A DNA stretch of 64,000 bases from Azolla caroliniana (taxonomy: Eukaryota > Plantae > Polypodiophyta). Location of the stretch: assembly GCA_043228905.1 (NCBI GenBank), contig JBHGNT010000006.1:19406001-19470000 (forward strand), in the 5' to 3' direction. The first letter of the stretch is position 1; the number at the start of each line of letters is the position of its first letter. Below, in pieces: positions 36,684 through 51,400 of the stretch. Under the pieces are notes generated by a model that saw nothing but the letters and a program-made list of their open reading frames with translations, was not told the DNA's origin and ran no database searches. The translations under genes and the position numbers were made by a program.

Positions 36684-37068
36684 ACTTAACAAACGGCAAC
36701 GGTTTGGTTTGAACCGAACCGAACCGCGGCTTAACGCTTAAAACGGTTCAGTTCAGTTTCAACAGTTAAAAACCGTGGTTTAAATGGTTTAACAATTTTT
36801 TATTATTTATTTTATTATTTGTTTTTTAAATTCAAAAACAAAAAAAAAAAAAAAAAAAATCTTTTCATTTTCATGCCTTATTCTCACATTTTGGGAAAAT
36901 TTTTAAAATTTTTAAAATTTGACCCGAGCTGAAAACCGAAACCGAACCACGAAATCGCGATTTTACCAGTTTAATGGCTTAATCACGGTTTCAACATCTC
37001 TAAACGGTTTGGTTTGGACCCTCTCGAACCGAACCGAACCGAACCGTTGCCGATTGTTAGGCACACTA
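36684..37068. mobile_element. MITE-like element with terminal inverted repeats and subterminal AACCG repeats (hAT-like by inference)
   Basis: taacaaacggcaacggtttggttt versus aaccgaaccgttgccgattgtta, many AACCG/CGGTT motifs and an AT-rich core. No clear TSD. Confidence 0.65.
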
Positions 37069-37458
37069 ACGGAAGAAAGAGGTGTTGGGGCTTTGGGACT
37101 CTTTTTTTTTCGGATGTGATCAAAAGAAAACCACCCCCAAAAAAAACGAGTCCCTTTGCCCAAGAGATTAAAAAAATAAATAAAAATAAATACCGACACA
37201 GATTTTGTATAGAACAAGAAAAGCAAAAAGCAGGAGCAAAAAGCAAAACGCAAAAGAAAGGGAGAAAAGCAAAACACGGAAAAAACATTAAAATTAAAGC
37301 ACTAACACATCATGATATGCTTCCTCTCTCTCTCTCTCTCTCTCTCTCATTCATAGTCTGTGGCATCTTCTTCTTTCTCTCCTTCTTCCTTCTTCCTTGG
37401 ACGCTTCCTGCAGAATATCCATCCGCCTCGCCGCTCCCCGAGCTCTCTGCAATCTGCC

Positions 37459-40400
37459 ATGAACCTCACCACGCCTTTCAATTTCGTGTAAGCGATTCCC
37501 CCCCCCCCCCTTCTTGCCTTTAAAAGTTTTTTCCTGAGCATGGCCATCCATCAAAGCTTTCCGACGGCGTTAATCCTGTCAAAGCTTCCCCTTCCCATCC
37601 CTTTTAATTTCGTGCTTCAATCTTTAAAAAATACTGAGCTGATTCATGTTCTTTTATTATCTAATTCCATGAAGCCAATTTGGGTCGCTTTATTGCTTTT
37701 AATCTTGATCATGTTCAACTGAGTTCGTATTTAATTTCATGCTTCAATCTCTAAAAGCATTTATAATGAATGCCAGGGAACTAATTCGTGTATTTGTATG
37801 CACAAAATTATATTCGAGGTTTTTGATTCACATGTTAATCTGTTAAAATGGCCTATTGTAAATGAATAATCCACATCTTAATCTGTATAAATTTCCCATT
37901 TCTACTGAATCTTTGTTGTTTAAGAGCTTTGTTCTGTACAAGTTTCCTTATGAGATGTGTATTCCATGTTTTACTGGTAGAAAGTTTCCCTTTCCAATGC
38001 AGGTTGAATTAAGCTTCTCGATTAAAATTTATGCGCTATATTTTCCATTTCTAACAACTCTGGGTTTAAATATTCATGTTTTAATTTCTAATATGATGCT
38101 GTTTGGTTTCATGCGTTACACTTTCTACCTTTCCAATGCAGGTTGAATTAAGCTTCTCCATTACAAATTATGTGCTATATTTTCCGTTTTTAATAACTCT
38201 GGGTTTAAATATTCATGTTTTAATTTCTAATATGATGCTGTGTGGCTGTAAAATTCTGATTCAAAATAATTTCCTTTTTCTAATGAATATGATCTGTTGG
38301 CATGCAAAATTTTCCATTCCTATGAGCTGTTCAATTCAGATGTTCTTCTGTAAAATCTTCATTTTTCTACAGATTATTTGCGTTGTTTTATAAATCTGAG
38401 CTGTATTAACTGATGTGTCAATCTGTGATCGTCAATTAATGTGTTGATTGACAAATTATGAGCTGTTTAATTGACATGTTGATCCCTAGAAAATTCTCAT
38501 TTCTAATGAATCTGAGTTGTTAAATTTGTTTAGTTCTTATTCCCATTTCCAATCAATCTTCAATGTTTAAGTCATGTGCTAATGTGTAAAAGTTTCATTT
38601 CTAATCAAACTAAACTATTTACTTTCAGATGTAGTGAATCTGTGAAAATTTCCATTCTAATGGATGTGAGTTGTTTAATAATGTGTTTATCTGTATATTT
38701 TTAAATTTTTAATGAATCTGAGCTGTTTAATTAATGTGCTAATGTGTAAACTCTTGCATTTCTAGAGAATCTGATTTGGAGGTGTAAATGTGTCCATCTC
38801 TAATCAATTTGAGTGGTTGAATTTCATGGTGCAATCAATCTCCATTTCTAATAAATCAAAGTGCTTTAATTCCTTGACATGTTAGTATGAAAACTTTAAT
38901 GGAATCTGAGCTTCCTCTGGTTTGCAGAGAACCTGCAGCCTCATGGGGAACCTTCATAGATGGATGCGTCTCAATCATTTTGGTCTTGTTTGGTGGCACA
39001 ATGTCTGGCCTTACCCTTGGACTCATGTCTCTAGATCTTGTTGAAATGGAGGTTCTTCAAAGAAGTGGCACACCCGAAGAACAGAAGCAAGCAGGTGTGT
39101 GTACCGTCTTTCGAAATAAGTATTTGTGGAAAAGATTCAAATATACTGCTGATATAAGGGATAATATCGAAAGTACCCCTCGTAGTTTGAGAAATATACC
39201 ACAACATACCCTGGGTCAACTTCTCGCTCAACATTAATTTTCGCCTCCCTGCATCTGTTCAGAGGATAGATCCTGATCTCACTCCTGGTTTCATAGTGAC
39301 CACGAAGAAATTTTCAATCATCCACCACCTTCGACGATATTGATCAGAATAGAAAGAAGAGATAGGGGCTTTATATTAATCTATTTTTAGATGAAACTTT
39401 AACACTTATTAGAAAGATTGTAATTAATGAGGATTGCAAGTATCTGGTGGTTTCTCACCATACACCAGGGGGAGGTTGATGATGTTTTCGGTCCTTCACC
39501 TGTTCATGTCCTCATGTCCAAAAAACTCTAACTATATATAATTTGAAAATTCCCCACAAATTACAATATGACCATGTTTTTGGTCTATGAAAAATACTTT
39601 AAACTGGAAACATTAAACTTTGAAGGATTGTTAAAATTAAAGAATATGACATTATTTCCCTTAACACAATCCTCATGTATTTTTGAAATATCCAATTAGG
39701 AACTTGATTTCTTAGTTTAACTTCTTTAAAAAGATCATGCTCATATCTGCATACGATAGGAATATCAATTTATAGGGAAGTTAATATACCCGTTGTATGA
39801 AGGATAATGTTGAAAGTATTCCTCGTAATTTGGGAAACATATCACAATACACCCTGCTTGAAACGACGACTAATAGCAACATTGACCAATGTTAGTAAAC
39901 TATGCATTGATTATTAAAAACCAGCACTAATATTTTGATAATCTATTTGCACAAGAATTATGTTCATTAATAGTTAATAAATAACATTATCCCTTAGCAT
40001 AATGAACAGGGAAAATATTTTTGGCCTTTTACTAAACTTTCTCATATGTTCTGCTTGTTAAATCTTTTTTTTTTTTGATATTTTACTCCATTTTGTGGAG
40101 ATCAAGTTGATATCTATGGTGGATCTATTTAGATTAGGACACCCATCATTAACGAGGCTGACTAATTAGTATCCAGCAAGAAAAACTAGAGAAAAGAAGA
40201 TACATATCTATGTAGAACGTATATATTTCATCGTTTCTCTTTTCCCTTTTATTGTGTGTATAGAAGAAGAAAGAAACAAAAAAGAAAGAAGAGACATGAT
40301 AAAATGTATATGCTATGCACATATGTATAACATATACATTTTATCATGTCTCGCCTTTCCTTTTATTGTGTGTATGTCATCACCATCAGTATCAATATCT

Positions 40401-43400
40401 CTCCTTCATCTTAAAGACTAAGTGTATGTTACAGTGTATTCTCTACATTTAAGAATCAAGACCATGAACAATGTTTAATAACAATCTTTCTTTATAGCTG
40501 CCATTTTCCCTGTGGTGAAAAAGCAACATCAGCTATTGGTAACACTTCTACTATGCAATGCACTTGCAATGGAGGTCAAATTTCATCCCCACACCTGGAA
40601 TTTGCAGTTTATAAGAACACTGTTTCTTGTGGTGTAATGATGGAGTCCTTTTTCAGGCACTTCCTATATTTTTGGATAATATATTCAACGAAGTGGTTGC
40701 AGTCATTCTGTCTGTTACGTTCGTTTTGATATTTGGTGAGGTATTATATCCAAACTTAATCTTATTGATGTTACCATTTCAATTAATGTTCCTTTTGGCA
40801 TTTGGTGAGATATTAAAACCTTTACAAATATCCTTTTTCTAGTCATTGTAACATCTCTATAAAGTTTTTGGGTACTCCAAATATCCAGAATATATTTAGA
40901 AATTAATTTGTAAGATGAATTATACTTTTAGTATAATTGAATTGTTTGTTTGGAGTAGAACGGAAACTGCTGCAAGAACTTGTGTGTACTTATTCAGGTG
41001 GATGCATGAGTCATTATATTGTTCATTGGAGGTGTATTTCAATTCAATTATATCAATATTATAATCCATCTTACAAATTATTTAGAATTTATTCAGATTG
41101 GGTTGAAAGAAGATTGCGAGAAATTGTGTGTACTTCTTATTGAGGTGGATACATTAATCAAGCTATTGTTCATTGCAGGTTATACCTCAAGCAATTTGTT
41201 CTAGATATGGACTTGCAATTGGAGCCAATTTGGTTTGGCTGGTTCGGATATTAATGGTGATTTGCTTTCCAGTTGCATATCCAGTGGCCAAAGTAAATCA
41301 CCTATTCTTTTCATCATTAGGAAAAGTTCTTATTTTCTTAAACATATATCATTGATGAATTCAGTTAGGGGAGTATAAATACCAACCTAATTGTTTACTT
41401 TTGTTTCAGTTGTTGGATCTACTACTTGGTCATAGTACTGCTGGTATGTTTCGAAGAGCTCAGCTAAAGGCACTTGTATCCATTCATGGGCAAAAGGTGA
41501 GTCGCGCATCCTTTATATTTCTATGACTATAGAAGCTTGAAGGCTAAAGATTATTTATGATCTTTTGAGGTAGGAAGGCAAAGGAGGTGAGCTTACACAT
41601 GATGAAACTACAATCATTAATGGCGCACTCGATCTAACCTTGAAGGTATTGAAACTTTTCCAACAGCCTTTATAGCAAGTAAGGAAAGATCAGATTTATG
41701 TTTTTCTATGCAGAAAGCAGAAGAAGCGATGACTCCCATCGAGTCAACATTTTCGTTGGATATTGAATCAAAATTAGATTGGTGTGTTCTTGCTTCCTTT
41801 CTAGATTATTTCAAGATCTAAAAGAATGAGGGCATTTCAATATGAGATTTGGGGCAATGCTATGAAACATATATAATCTTGAGTAAAGTGTGCATGGTGT
41901 TTGAATAAGTGAACAAAGTGTTAGTGAGCAGCGGTATGTTGCCAACTATTGAGAAAACAACACAATTCTCGACACAGTCTTGACCTGGAATGTTCCGTGA
42001 CAGATGCAACCCAAACATATATAAATAGAGTGAAAGAGGTAACACAATGACTACAAGTACTTGCACATAGTTATGACACCAGCTTACTCGTAAATGCTCC
42101 TACATTCCCATTAAGCTTCCTGCTTATAAAGAAGATATTGAGGAGTTGAGTTAGTCTTAATGGCCACATGCAGAGCTATTGTGTGGAGTACAATGTGTTA
42201 GTTTGTCAACGTTTGTGCAGTAGTGTAGGTGCTCATGGGTAATGGGGTTCAGACGAATTAGTGAAGGATCAGAGCCTGAGGTCGAAAGCATGGGTTAGGC
42301 TTTTGCAAAGTTGCGGACAAGCTCCATCCATGGACTATGTAAGCCGCCTATTTATCGATTCACCCTGTAACCAATCAATATAGATTGGGCAGCAAATCGT
42401 CCCAGCACTATAAGACCCAAAGTTCATAAAAGAGGCATAAAAAACTAGCCTTCCTACTCTCACAAGGAGCCCACCTGAACCTGGATGCTTGACACAATTC
42501 AAACCTCACAATTCAAGGTGCTAATATCAGGGTTGGAGCCGTCATGAAGAACTTCCTTGATATCATGGGTTGGGGTTGAAGTGATGATAGTGATTACATC
42601 AAGATGTCACTAGCATCTCGGACATCACGAACAATGATCTCCATGATTTGGCTGTGTTATCGCACGTGTCTGGTATCATGTGCCTACTGTCTTTGTTGTT
42701 GTGAATGTTCCTCTACTAGCTCAATGGTTACACCTTAATGCATTGTTGTGAGAGGTGTTGTCCTTTGAAAGTGATGATGTGTGATTTTCTCTATAAATAT
42801 GCAATGGGGAATCTATGCACTGTATGAATCTGTGTCAGGAAAAGTGCTGTCTCCCAATATTTTGTCAGAGGCTGTGCCTAGCACAATTATAGTAAAACAA
42901 GGATGCCCACTATCACCCACTCTCTTTGGTCTCTATATAGATGAGATATCACATTACATCGAAAAATTTGGCGGTTCGGGAACATGCCTAGCAGGTATAG
43001 CCATACAACTATTACTATATACTGATGATATTGTACTGAACTCAATAGAGACAGGGAGAAGTTGTTGAAGGAGAATGAACAGCCACACAAGCTCATAAAA
43101 AAAGAACAGTCACAACTTCCTTTAGTGTTATCACTCCTACGCATGCTACAACTCAATCAAGGGCTACACAACTGGGCTGCTGATCAGGACATTCTAAAGG
43201 GGTTACAATAGATTGGGCAATAGAAATTTGCCGTGCACGTAGGTCTGGCCTCATGGACCACTCTTGTCATCGACAGAAAGAAAGAAAGAAAGATATATTA
43301 ACGTTTTTTAAGAGGTCAAAATGGCCTATAAGACCAAACAAGAGATTACATCTTTGGTGTTGTCTCGTCTTTGAGAACAGCAAATCAAAATAAAATAAAA

Positions 43401-46400
43401 ATTACTCAGTAAATATAAAAGTAAATAAGATAAAAAGAGATGAGGGAATCTGGTTTTTGGCACATGTGAAATTCTCAAGTTAGATAAGTTGTAACTTTTG
43501 TCTTCAAAAGGTCTCTAGCATAGGTCGATCCAGAATGGAGAGGTCTCTGAAGCGAGGGAAGCACTTGCGATGGTGGGAGATAATGGCCTTTATTTGTCGA
43601 TGACAAGGGTGCTGAGGTCGTGGTTCATGGGGCTGGGGCCTACGTGCACGACAAATTGCTATTGCCCGATCTATTGTAACCCCTTTGTTATGTCCTGGTC
43701 GGGAGGCCATTTGTGCATCTCTTGATTAACTTGTAGCATTAGTAGGAGTGATGGGGCTAAAGAAAGTTGTGATTGTTCTTTTTGGATGAGTTCTAGCAAG
43801 AAAAGTCCTAGGCACTGTTGGTCCTCATATTCCATTACCTTGTGTAGCGGGCCAAAGCCTTGTTTAAAGAGTCAATGGTATTTCCCTCTGATTTCATAAT
43901 AGACACTACAGTGACAAACATAGTGTTCTTTAGATTCCACTCCTCGATGACACAATCGGTAAATTCTTTCTTCTAGAGGTATTCATGTATATTTGCCTAC
44001 CTCAATCTCTAATTGATGTGATGAAGTTTGCAACTACCCTATCACACTGCGCAATGCATAGGATAGATGTATGTCCATATAAGGTGGCCTGATGATGAAT
44101 CCATCCTCCGATATGTGTAAGAAGTGTGTTGTAGTTGGCCATCTTTGTACCAAGTGATATTTTGGGGCTGATTCATGTTATCTTGTTTTCCAAGTTAATA
44201 ATATTAGTTTGGATCACTCTATTCTTTTCCACTTTGGTCATATTTAGATGGGGAGAGTCCAAACTATATTGGAATGGGGGTGGTGCATTTATACTCATGC
44301 CATGTGACTTGAATCATTGCTGCATTTTAGCATACCAACAAAGAAAGGCCATTATCTCCGGCCATCACAGGTGCTTCCCTCGCATTGGAGACCTCTCCAT
44401 TTTGGATTGACCTATGTTAGAGATATTTAGAAATCAAAATTACAATCTATTTAACTTGAGAATCTTACTTGTACTATAACAAAATTATTTAATCACTTTT
44501 TATCTTATTTACATTTTTACTTAGTAACATTTATTTTTGTTTGTCGTTCGTTAGTAATCTCTTGTTTATTCTTGTAGGCCATTCTGGCCTCTTAAAAAGC
44601 GTTAATATATCTTTCTTTCTTTCTATGTACCATATGCTAATATAAGGATTCATTCCCTATGTCTCTATTTACTCTTTTTTTTTTTTTACTTCGTAAAATT
44701 TATTTTGCTTTGTTGTTCTTAAAGATGAGACAAATCTCAAGATGTAATCTCTTGTTTGGTCTTATAGGCCATTTTGGCCTATTAAAAGATGTCAATATAT
44801 CTTTCTCTATATGTTTGACATCAATGAAGTTGTTTATGGAGAATTTATGGCAGGAGAGGTTGGTCTAAAGTGACAAGCTCAAGAATATCTGTGCTATAAC
44901 TGAAAATGGCAAACACTTTCTAGCCTTGGGAAGTGCATATGGATTTGTGATATCTAATGGATTGTCACAATTGGCCGGATTGGATGCTTTGACATGTTGG
45001 AATCCAAAAGGAGGTGCAAGCACAATCGATTGCCTAATACGGTCTCCATCTCTTATACCTGAAATAAGAGAGTTCACTATATCCTACACCTATTGGTTTG
45101 GCAGTAGATCATGCATATTTACGCTTTGAGGTGAAGGATGGATGCAGAAGGGATGTATATGCTAAGCAGAGTGGGCTGGCTAAGTATCAATTTACTCGCA
45201 AGACAATTGATGTGTATACTTGTGGACTTGCCTCATTAAATACAACATCTCGCCTTGTATTACCTTCTTGAGTTGAGGTAGCCAAAATCTGTAGACTATT
45301 TCACCTTCATCTCCATAAGACATAAAGATTCCTTTCATGAACTTTGCATCTAACTTGTTTCTCAACTCAGGCCTTATATGCACAAACACATCACAGCCAA
45401 AGATGCATAGGTGTTCATATGAAGCCGGTTTGCCGGACCAAACCTCTTCAGGAATGCCACCTTTAAGGACATATGAGGTGACCTATCACAAACATGAACT
45501 GCAGTTTCAAGGCCTAATCCATGAGGGAGATTAGCTGTGGACAACATGCATCTCACCCTCTCATATAAAGGTCTGTTATACCGTTCAACCACACCATTGG
45601 AAGAGGGGCTGCATGGGACTGTTAGCTCCCTCTTAATACCAATATTTTCACAAAATCTGTTAAATTAAGCATTTCAGCTTTCTACTTGTATGGGTGGTCA
45701 CAAATGCATGAAATTTCTTAAATGTAGCGAAGTTTCTTTACTTGCTTACCATATTGGCATTCATTACAAAAATCAAGTTTTGAGCCTTTAGCATCGAACT
45801 TGTCCAAATTACATAGTTTATCAAGGCCTTTTATGCCATAATTCCATACGTGAATGGATTTTAGCCATAGCAATAAACTTGCCCATAAAAAATTTACCGT
45901 GCAAGCAATACAAAGTCCCTTTCTTTGTACCTTTAACAATTAGCCTAGAGCCTTTGATAAGTTTCCATGACCCTTTCTCAAAGAGGGTACTATATCCATG
46001 CATGTCCATTTGTCCAATAGACAATAGGCTTTTCTTGATGCTTGGTACATACCTTACATCATGTAAAACCAGCTCATTAGTACCATCCACAATGAGATGC
46101 ATTATGCCAATACCTTCAATAGAACAAGCATGGTTATTTCCAAGATACACATGTCCATGGCTGCTTGCACGAAAGGTAGTAAAACACTCCTTAATAGGCG
46201 TAATCTGGAATGATGCACCTGAATCCACAATCCAGGTTTGTGACAAGCATCATTCAGCGTAAGCAAGCCATCAATTATATCGCTCTTTGTAATCTGCATA
46301 TCTTGTGCATGAATAAAAAACAGAACCATCATTAACTTCAGCATGATCTGTTGCCATGGTAGCACAAAGAATATCTTTTGCATCTGATGGCTTTCTCATA

Positions 46401-48433
46401 TAATGACACTAGAGGCCATAGGCCTTTCCGTTATCCTTGTCCTTAAAGCTGTTATGTGCTTCATTCTCGTTGTAACATTTCTTCTTGTCACTAGTGTTCT
46501 TCTTTCTTTCTAATTAGCTTTGTAATATTTGCAATTAGGCTTCTTATGATCTTTCCTACCATATTGATAACAAGTCACTTCAGCCTTGCCTTTGCTTTTG
46601 CTCCTATTCCTCTGTAAATTTTCACTTTTCTTTTGTGTTCTTCCTTTAGCCACATTGGCTGAACCCATCAAGTTGCATACACACCAGCTTATGCATGAGA
46701 TGCACTTGATTTATAGGTGTGGTAATTTCACAAGTAGCTTTTAGCTTTTCCCATACCTCAAAAGCATTTGTGAGGCCTTCCAAATCCACTAAGATCTCAT
46801 CGGATACAACCATCTTAATGTAAGTGAGGGCCTTCTTATTTAGTTTCATCGATGCTAAATCTGTCATATCTTCAAAGCTTGATTTCAAGCAATGCTTCTT
46901 CATAATCTTTCAAAAAGAGAATGCCTAGCAGTCTCTCTTTCCATAAATCAAATTCACTACCTTCAAATCACTTGATCTCAAACAAACTTTTGAGATAAGA
47001 GGAGGTAGCAGTCATTTTTGCACGCTGCAGTTAAAAATTCACCAAAAAAAGATAAAACCACTTGCTGTTCTGTGCAGAATCACCTGATGAGACAAAAATT
47101 TGTCGTGATGAAACTCTCTCGCTCTGATACTAGTGAAAGAGAGATGATGTGATGGCGTGGTTAGATTCAAAAGACTATGGGAGTGGTCTGTTGTGTGAGG
47201 AGAGAGAAAGTAGATAAAACTGTGTAGAAAATGGAGAGGAAACCCAAGTCTCTTATCTCATTATGAGTGGGTTGGAACCAATTCTTATTGATAAGTAGCT
47301 TTTAGGTCATTTGGGCATGTTCATACATGGCCAATGATCAAAAGTTATAAAGATAATGTAAATGCCTGTAAGACCCAAATTGGGGCCAAAAATATAGTAA
47401 AGATGTGTCTAGAAAGCTCTCGAAGGGAGCTTTTACATGGAAGGGTCAAAATATACAAAAAGGAGAGTTCTTGGGGCCATTATCCCCAAAATTATGAACT
47501 TGAAAAACAAGATAACATGGATTAGCCCCAAAATATCACTTGGTACAAAGATGACCCACTACAAGATACTTTTTACACACATCGGAGGATGGATTTATCA
47601 TCAGGCCCACTTATATGGACATCCATCCATCCTATGCACTACGCAGTGTGATAGGGCAACCGCGAACTTCATCATATCAGTAGAGATTGAGGTAGGCAGA
47701 TATACACAAATACCCCTAGAAGAAAGAATTTACCAATTGTCTCATCAAGGAGTGGAATTCGAAGAACACTATGTTTGTCACCATGTTTATGAAATCAGAG
47801 GGAGATACCATTGCCTCTTTAAACAAGGGTTTGGCCCACTACGCAAGGTGATGGAATATGAGGATCAACAATGTCTAGGACTTTTCTTGCTAGAACTCGA
47901 GAGACATAGGGAAAAGTTTTTGAAGGACAATTGTACAGCCAAAGAAACTCATCCACAAAGAACAATCACAACTTTCTTTAGCCCTATTACTCCTACTAAT
48001 GCTACAAGTCAGTCAAGGGATACACAGATTGGCTCCCAACCAGGACATAACAAACGGGTTACAATAGATTGGGCAATAGAAATTTGTCATGTATGTAGGG
48101 CCTAACCCCATGGACCTCTACCTCAGCACCCTTGTCATCGATAGATAAAAGCCATTATTTCCCACCATTGCAGGTGATTCCCTCGCTTTGGAGACCTCTC
48201 TACTCTGGATCGACTTATGCTAGAGATCTTTCGAAGAAAAAAGTTATAATATATATAACTTGAGAATCTTACATGTGTCAAAAACCAGATTCTTTAGTCT
48301 CTTTTTATCTTATTTAGTTTTATATTTACTTAGTAATATTTATTTTATTTTGATTTGTTGTTCTCAAAGATGAGACAACATTTAAGATGTAATCTCTTGT
48401 TTGGTCTTATAGACCATTTTGTCCTCTTAAAAG

Positions 48434-48483
<50 letters not shown>

Positions 48484-51400
48484 TTCTTTGTCTGTGGATT
48501 TTCAGTCCCTACTGCACTTCATTCTAGTTAGTCCGCACAAACCTAGAATCGAGATCAATAAGGTCCATGACAACGTCTACTCTATCATTGGCAAGATGAG
48601 TAGGAGGGGTTATCAAATCACTCTGAAGTCTACTTGCAATTTAGCGAACACTTGAGAATGAACAAGTAAACTCTAAACCTCACCCCCAAATACACCCAAA
48701 AAAGACATGAAATGGATGAGAACACAGAACGAACAATTGTATGGAGTCTTCTCCAATAAGTTACAATGGTTCTAACACTTAAAGTGCAAGCTTAAGTTTT
48801 GTTCCTAGTAGTGGAAGTAGATAAGAAGATTAATATTTAAGTTATAGCTTAGGAGGAGATAAAATTAGAAAAAGCTAAAACTCCAGCTCAAGTTCTCTAA
48901 AAGTTAAGAAGAAGGTTAAAAGACATATAGAAGTTGCTTTTACAATGTTTGACCCTTTTCTCACTATACCATTAGCCTCTTTTCCAAATGCCACGCTTGT
49001 TCCTTCTCTTCTGGCTGATATGTCTTCGGTGTTGATTTTTGCAGTATTATCCTTTCTTAGATGATATATACTTGAGAGCTTCAATATATCATTGACACCC
49101 CATCTTTTGAACAATTCCTTGATGTCAGCATCCAACAAGATGAGAAAATTTTACTCTTTTTTGTTTCTTGTATCTTGCATCCACGTTCCATGCAAGTTTT
49201 GGGAATCTGTGATCTGGCATATTCTTCACTTTTGTAATATGCTTGCATACAATGATGTCAGAGAGAAAGAGAGAGCCATGCTTCAAGAGCCATGCTTCAT
49301 CATTTTGATGTCACACCATATTCTGCCAGATAGTGGACTTGACTTACTGACGTCAGATCAAAAAACACTCAAATTTCATTGCTTCCCTTGTAGGTTCATC
49401 CCTCTACTCACCATAATCTGCCAACTAGTCACGTGTGAGGTAGTCAATGATATTAGATCACGACAAAGTCTGTGAGCAACAGATACGTTTCCTTATGAGA
49501 CTAAGATAAGTCATAGAGATTTAGCTCATCATGAATGATCCATGAAGGGGATGCAAAAACTTGCTTCCATCAATTTCACTGTTTGGAACCTGTATATGTC
49601 TGAAAGATATGATGTGTGTCTTATATTAAATTTTCTTGCATTAATATACTCAAAACTCATTGTTAAAACAAATTGATTGTGCAGGGAAGCAATGGGAAGA
49701 ATATTGGCTACAGGACATAGTCGCATTCCAGTATATTCAGGGAGCCCCCAAAATATAATTGGAGTTCTTTTGGTCCGTATGATCCTTGGTTGAAATTGAA
49801 TCAACATCACTTGTATGTAATATATGATTGGCTCGAAGATTTTAATATGGTGGCCATCTTTAGGTTAAAAGTCTTTTGACAGTTCGTGCTGAAGCTGAAA
49901 CCCCTATAAGTGCAATTTCTATAAGGAGAATACCACGGTAAAGTTTGAAAGTACTGATCGCTATATGTTTAACAGATTTCAATAACACTGCGTTTCTTAT
50001 TAATTCATCAACTATGTAGAGTGCCTGCAGATATGCCATTGTATGATATACTGAATGAATTCCAGAAAGGGCAGTCTCACATGGCAGCTGTTGTCAGGAG
50101 TATCTCCAACACACAAAACACCACTGAAGATAATGAAAAGAATGTTTCTGGTTCAAAGGAAGACAAATCAAATGATTCTGATGTAAAAGTTGCATCACAA
50201 ATTATTATTGATATAGAAACGAGAAATGATGATTTACCGGATAGCTCAACAGGAAATCAAGCAGCATCAAGGACTGAATCAATGCAATCTGAAGATGGGG
50301 TAGTTATAGGCATTATTACACTTGAGGATGTTATTGAGGAGCTGCTGCAAGTAAGTTGCTTTATCACATTCATTATTTTGGAATTTACTGGCCCCTTGAA
50401 CCATATGGTTGTGCATTACGCAGGGGGTTTCTAAATATAATGTACTGATACATGTATAGACATCTTTGGGATGCTGTAGCTCTTTAACAGGCGTTTTACC
50501 TTGGTGATATATCATAAAATTAGCAAGACCTAGTGCAACATCTCTCTTCTTTTATGGTGTCATTATTCTTATTTTGATTGTTAGTTTCTGCAATTTGCCT
50601 GTAAATTCTTGAACCCTAGTCTCATAGCATATTCTTAAACCCTAATATTATAGTTCAATCATCCTGCAAATCATCGAGCCCTAAGCTTCTCATGGAGAAT
50701 TATCATCAAATTAGCACGATCCATCTTTTTTTACAGCATCCCTATTATTATCCATTTGAATATCAGTTTTTCCATCTGCATGCACCTGAGCTTATAATGT
50801 ATTTCATGAATGCTTTTAAGAGAGATGAATGATATATTTACTGACAACAAATATACGGGAGAAAATACATTCATTCCTTATGTACATGCTTGTAAGGAGT
50901 TGTTCTTATGCATATTGCGTTCATGAACAATTGCAGGAAGAGATCGTTGATGAGACAGATGAATTTGTGGATGTTCATAAAAGGTATCTTATGATTGAAT
51001 GAAGTCAATTTTCTATTATTTGCAACTTTCATAGTTAAGATTCAAATAGAAACGATAAATTCATAAAGGCCTTAATTCTCTTTAAGTTGTAGAACATACT
51101 TATGCAATGATTCTTTATCTTTTTTGAGAGCAGAATTAGAGTTCCCAAGTTGCCTTCCAGGACTGCATCGGCAGCTCTCATCTTGAGTTTGTCACGGGTG
51201 AGTATCATCTCTTTCTTTTGTCTCTTTTTTTCCTGTTTGTAGGAGTCATGTGTTTTGGGTTATACCACAACAGATGCAAAATTGCAAGAAATCCAATGAG
51301 TGTTGTTTTATGCAACACGAAATAGTTAACAAGATCTCTCTCTTTCTATGCGGATACAAATCCGAGGGGATCTTAGAGAGTTATATGTTGTAATTTGTTA

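Noticed and set aside
37014-37523. 169-aa ORF upstream of the gene
   Set aside because: It runs through MITE repeats, A-rich promoter sequence and a CT microsatellite, so it is a compositional artefact.
38887-39237. ORF-track ATG (38887 or 38899) as the gene start, and the ORF tail after 39094
   Set aside because: These ATGs lie in intron-1 repeat-like sequence upstream of a good TTTGCAG acceptor that joins in phase to exon 37459-37487. The tail runs past the GT donor.
47084-47114. Hammerhead ribozyme-like CTGATGA-hairpin-GAAAC
   Set aside because: Five extra bases lie between stem II and GAAA, and there are no supporting stems I and III.
48875-49475. ORFs in intron 8 (48875-49138 minus, 49092-49475 plus)
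   Set aside because: No recognisable motif or splice context. Probably old TE debris.
51243-51299. Main terminal exon of the CNNM gene
   Set aside because: It needs a 45-nt intron, unusually short for plants. 57290-57394 has a better acceptor and a family-like PLL end. Kept only as a possible minor isoform.
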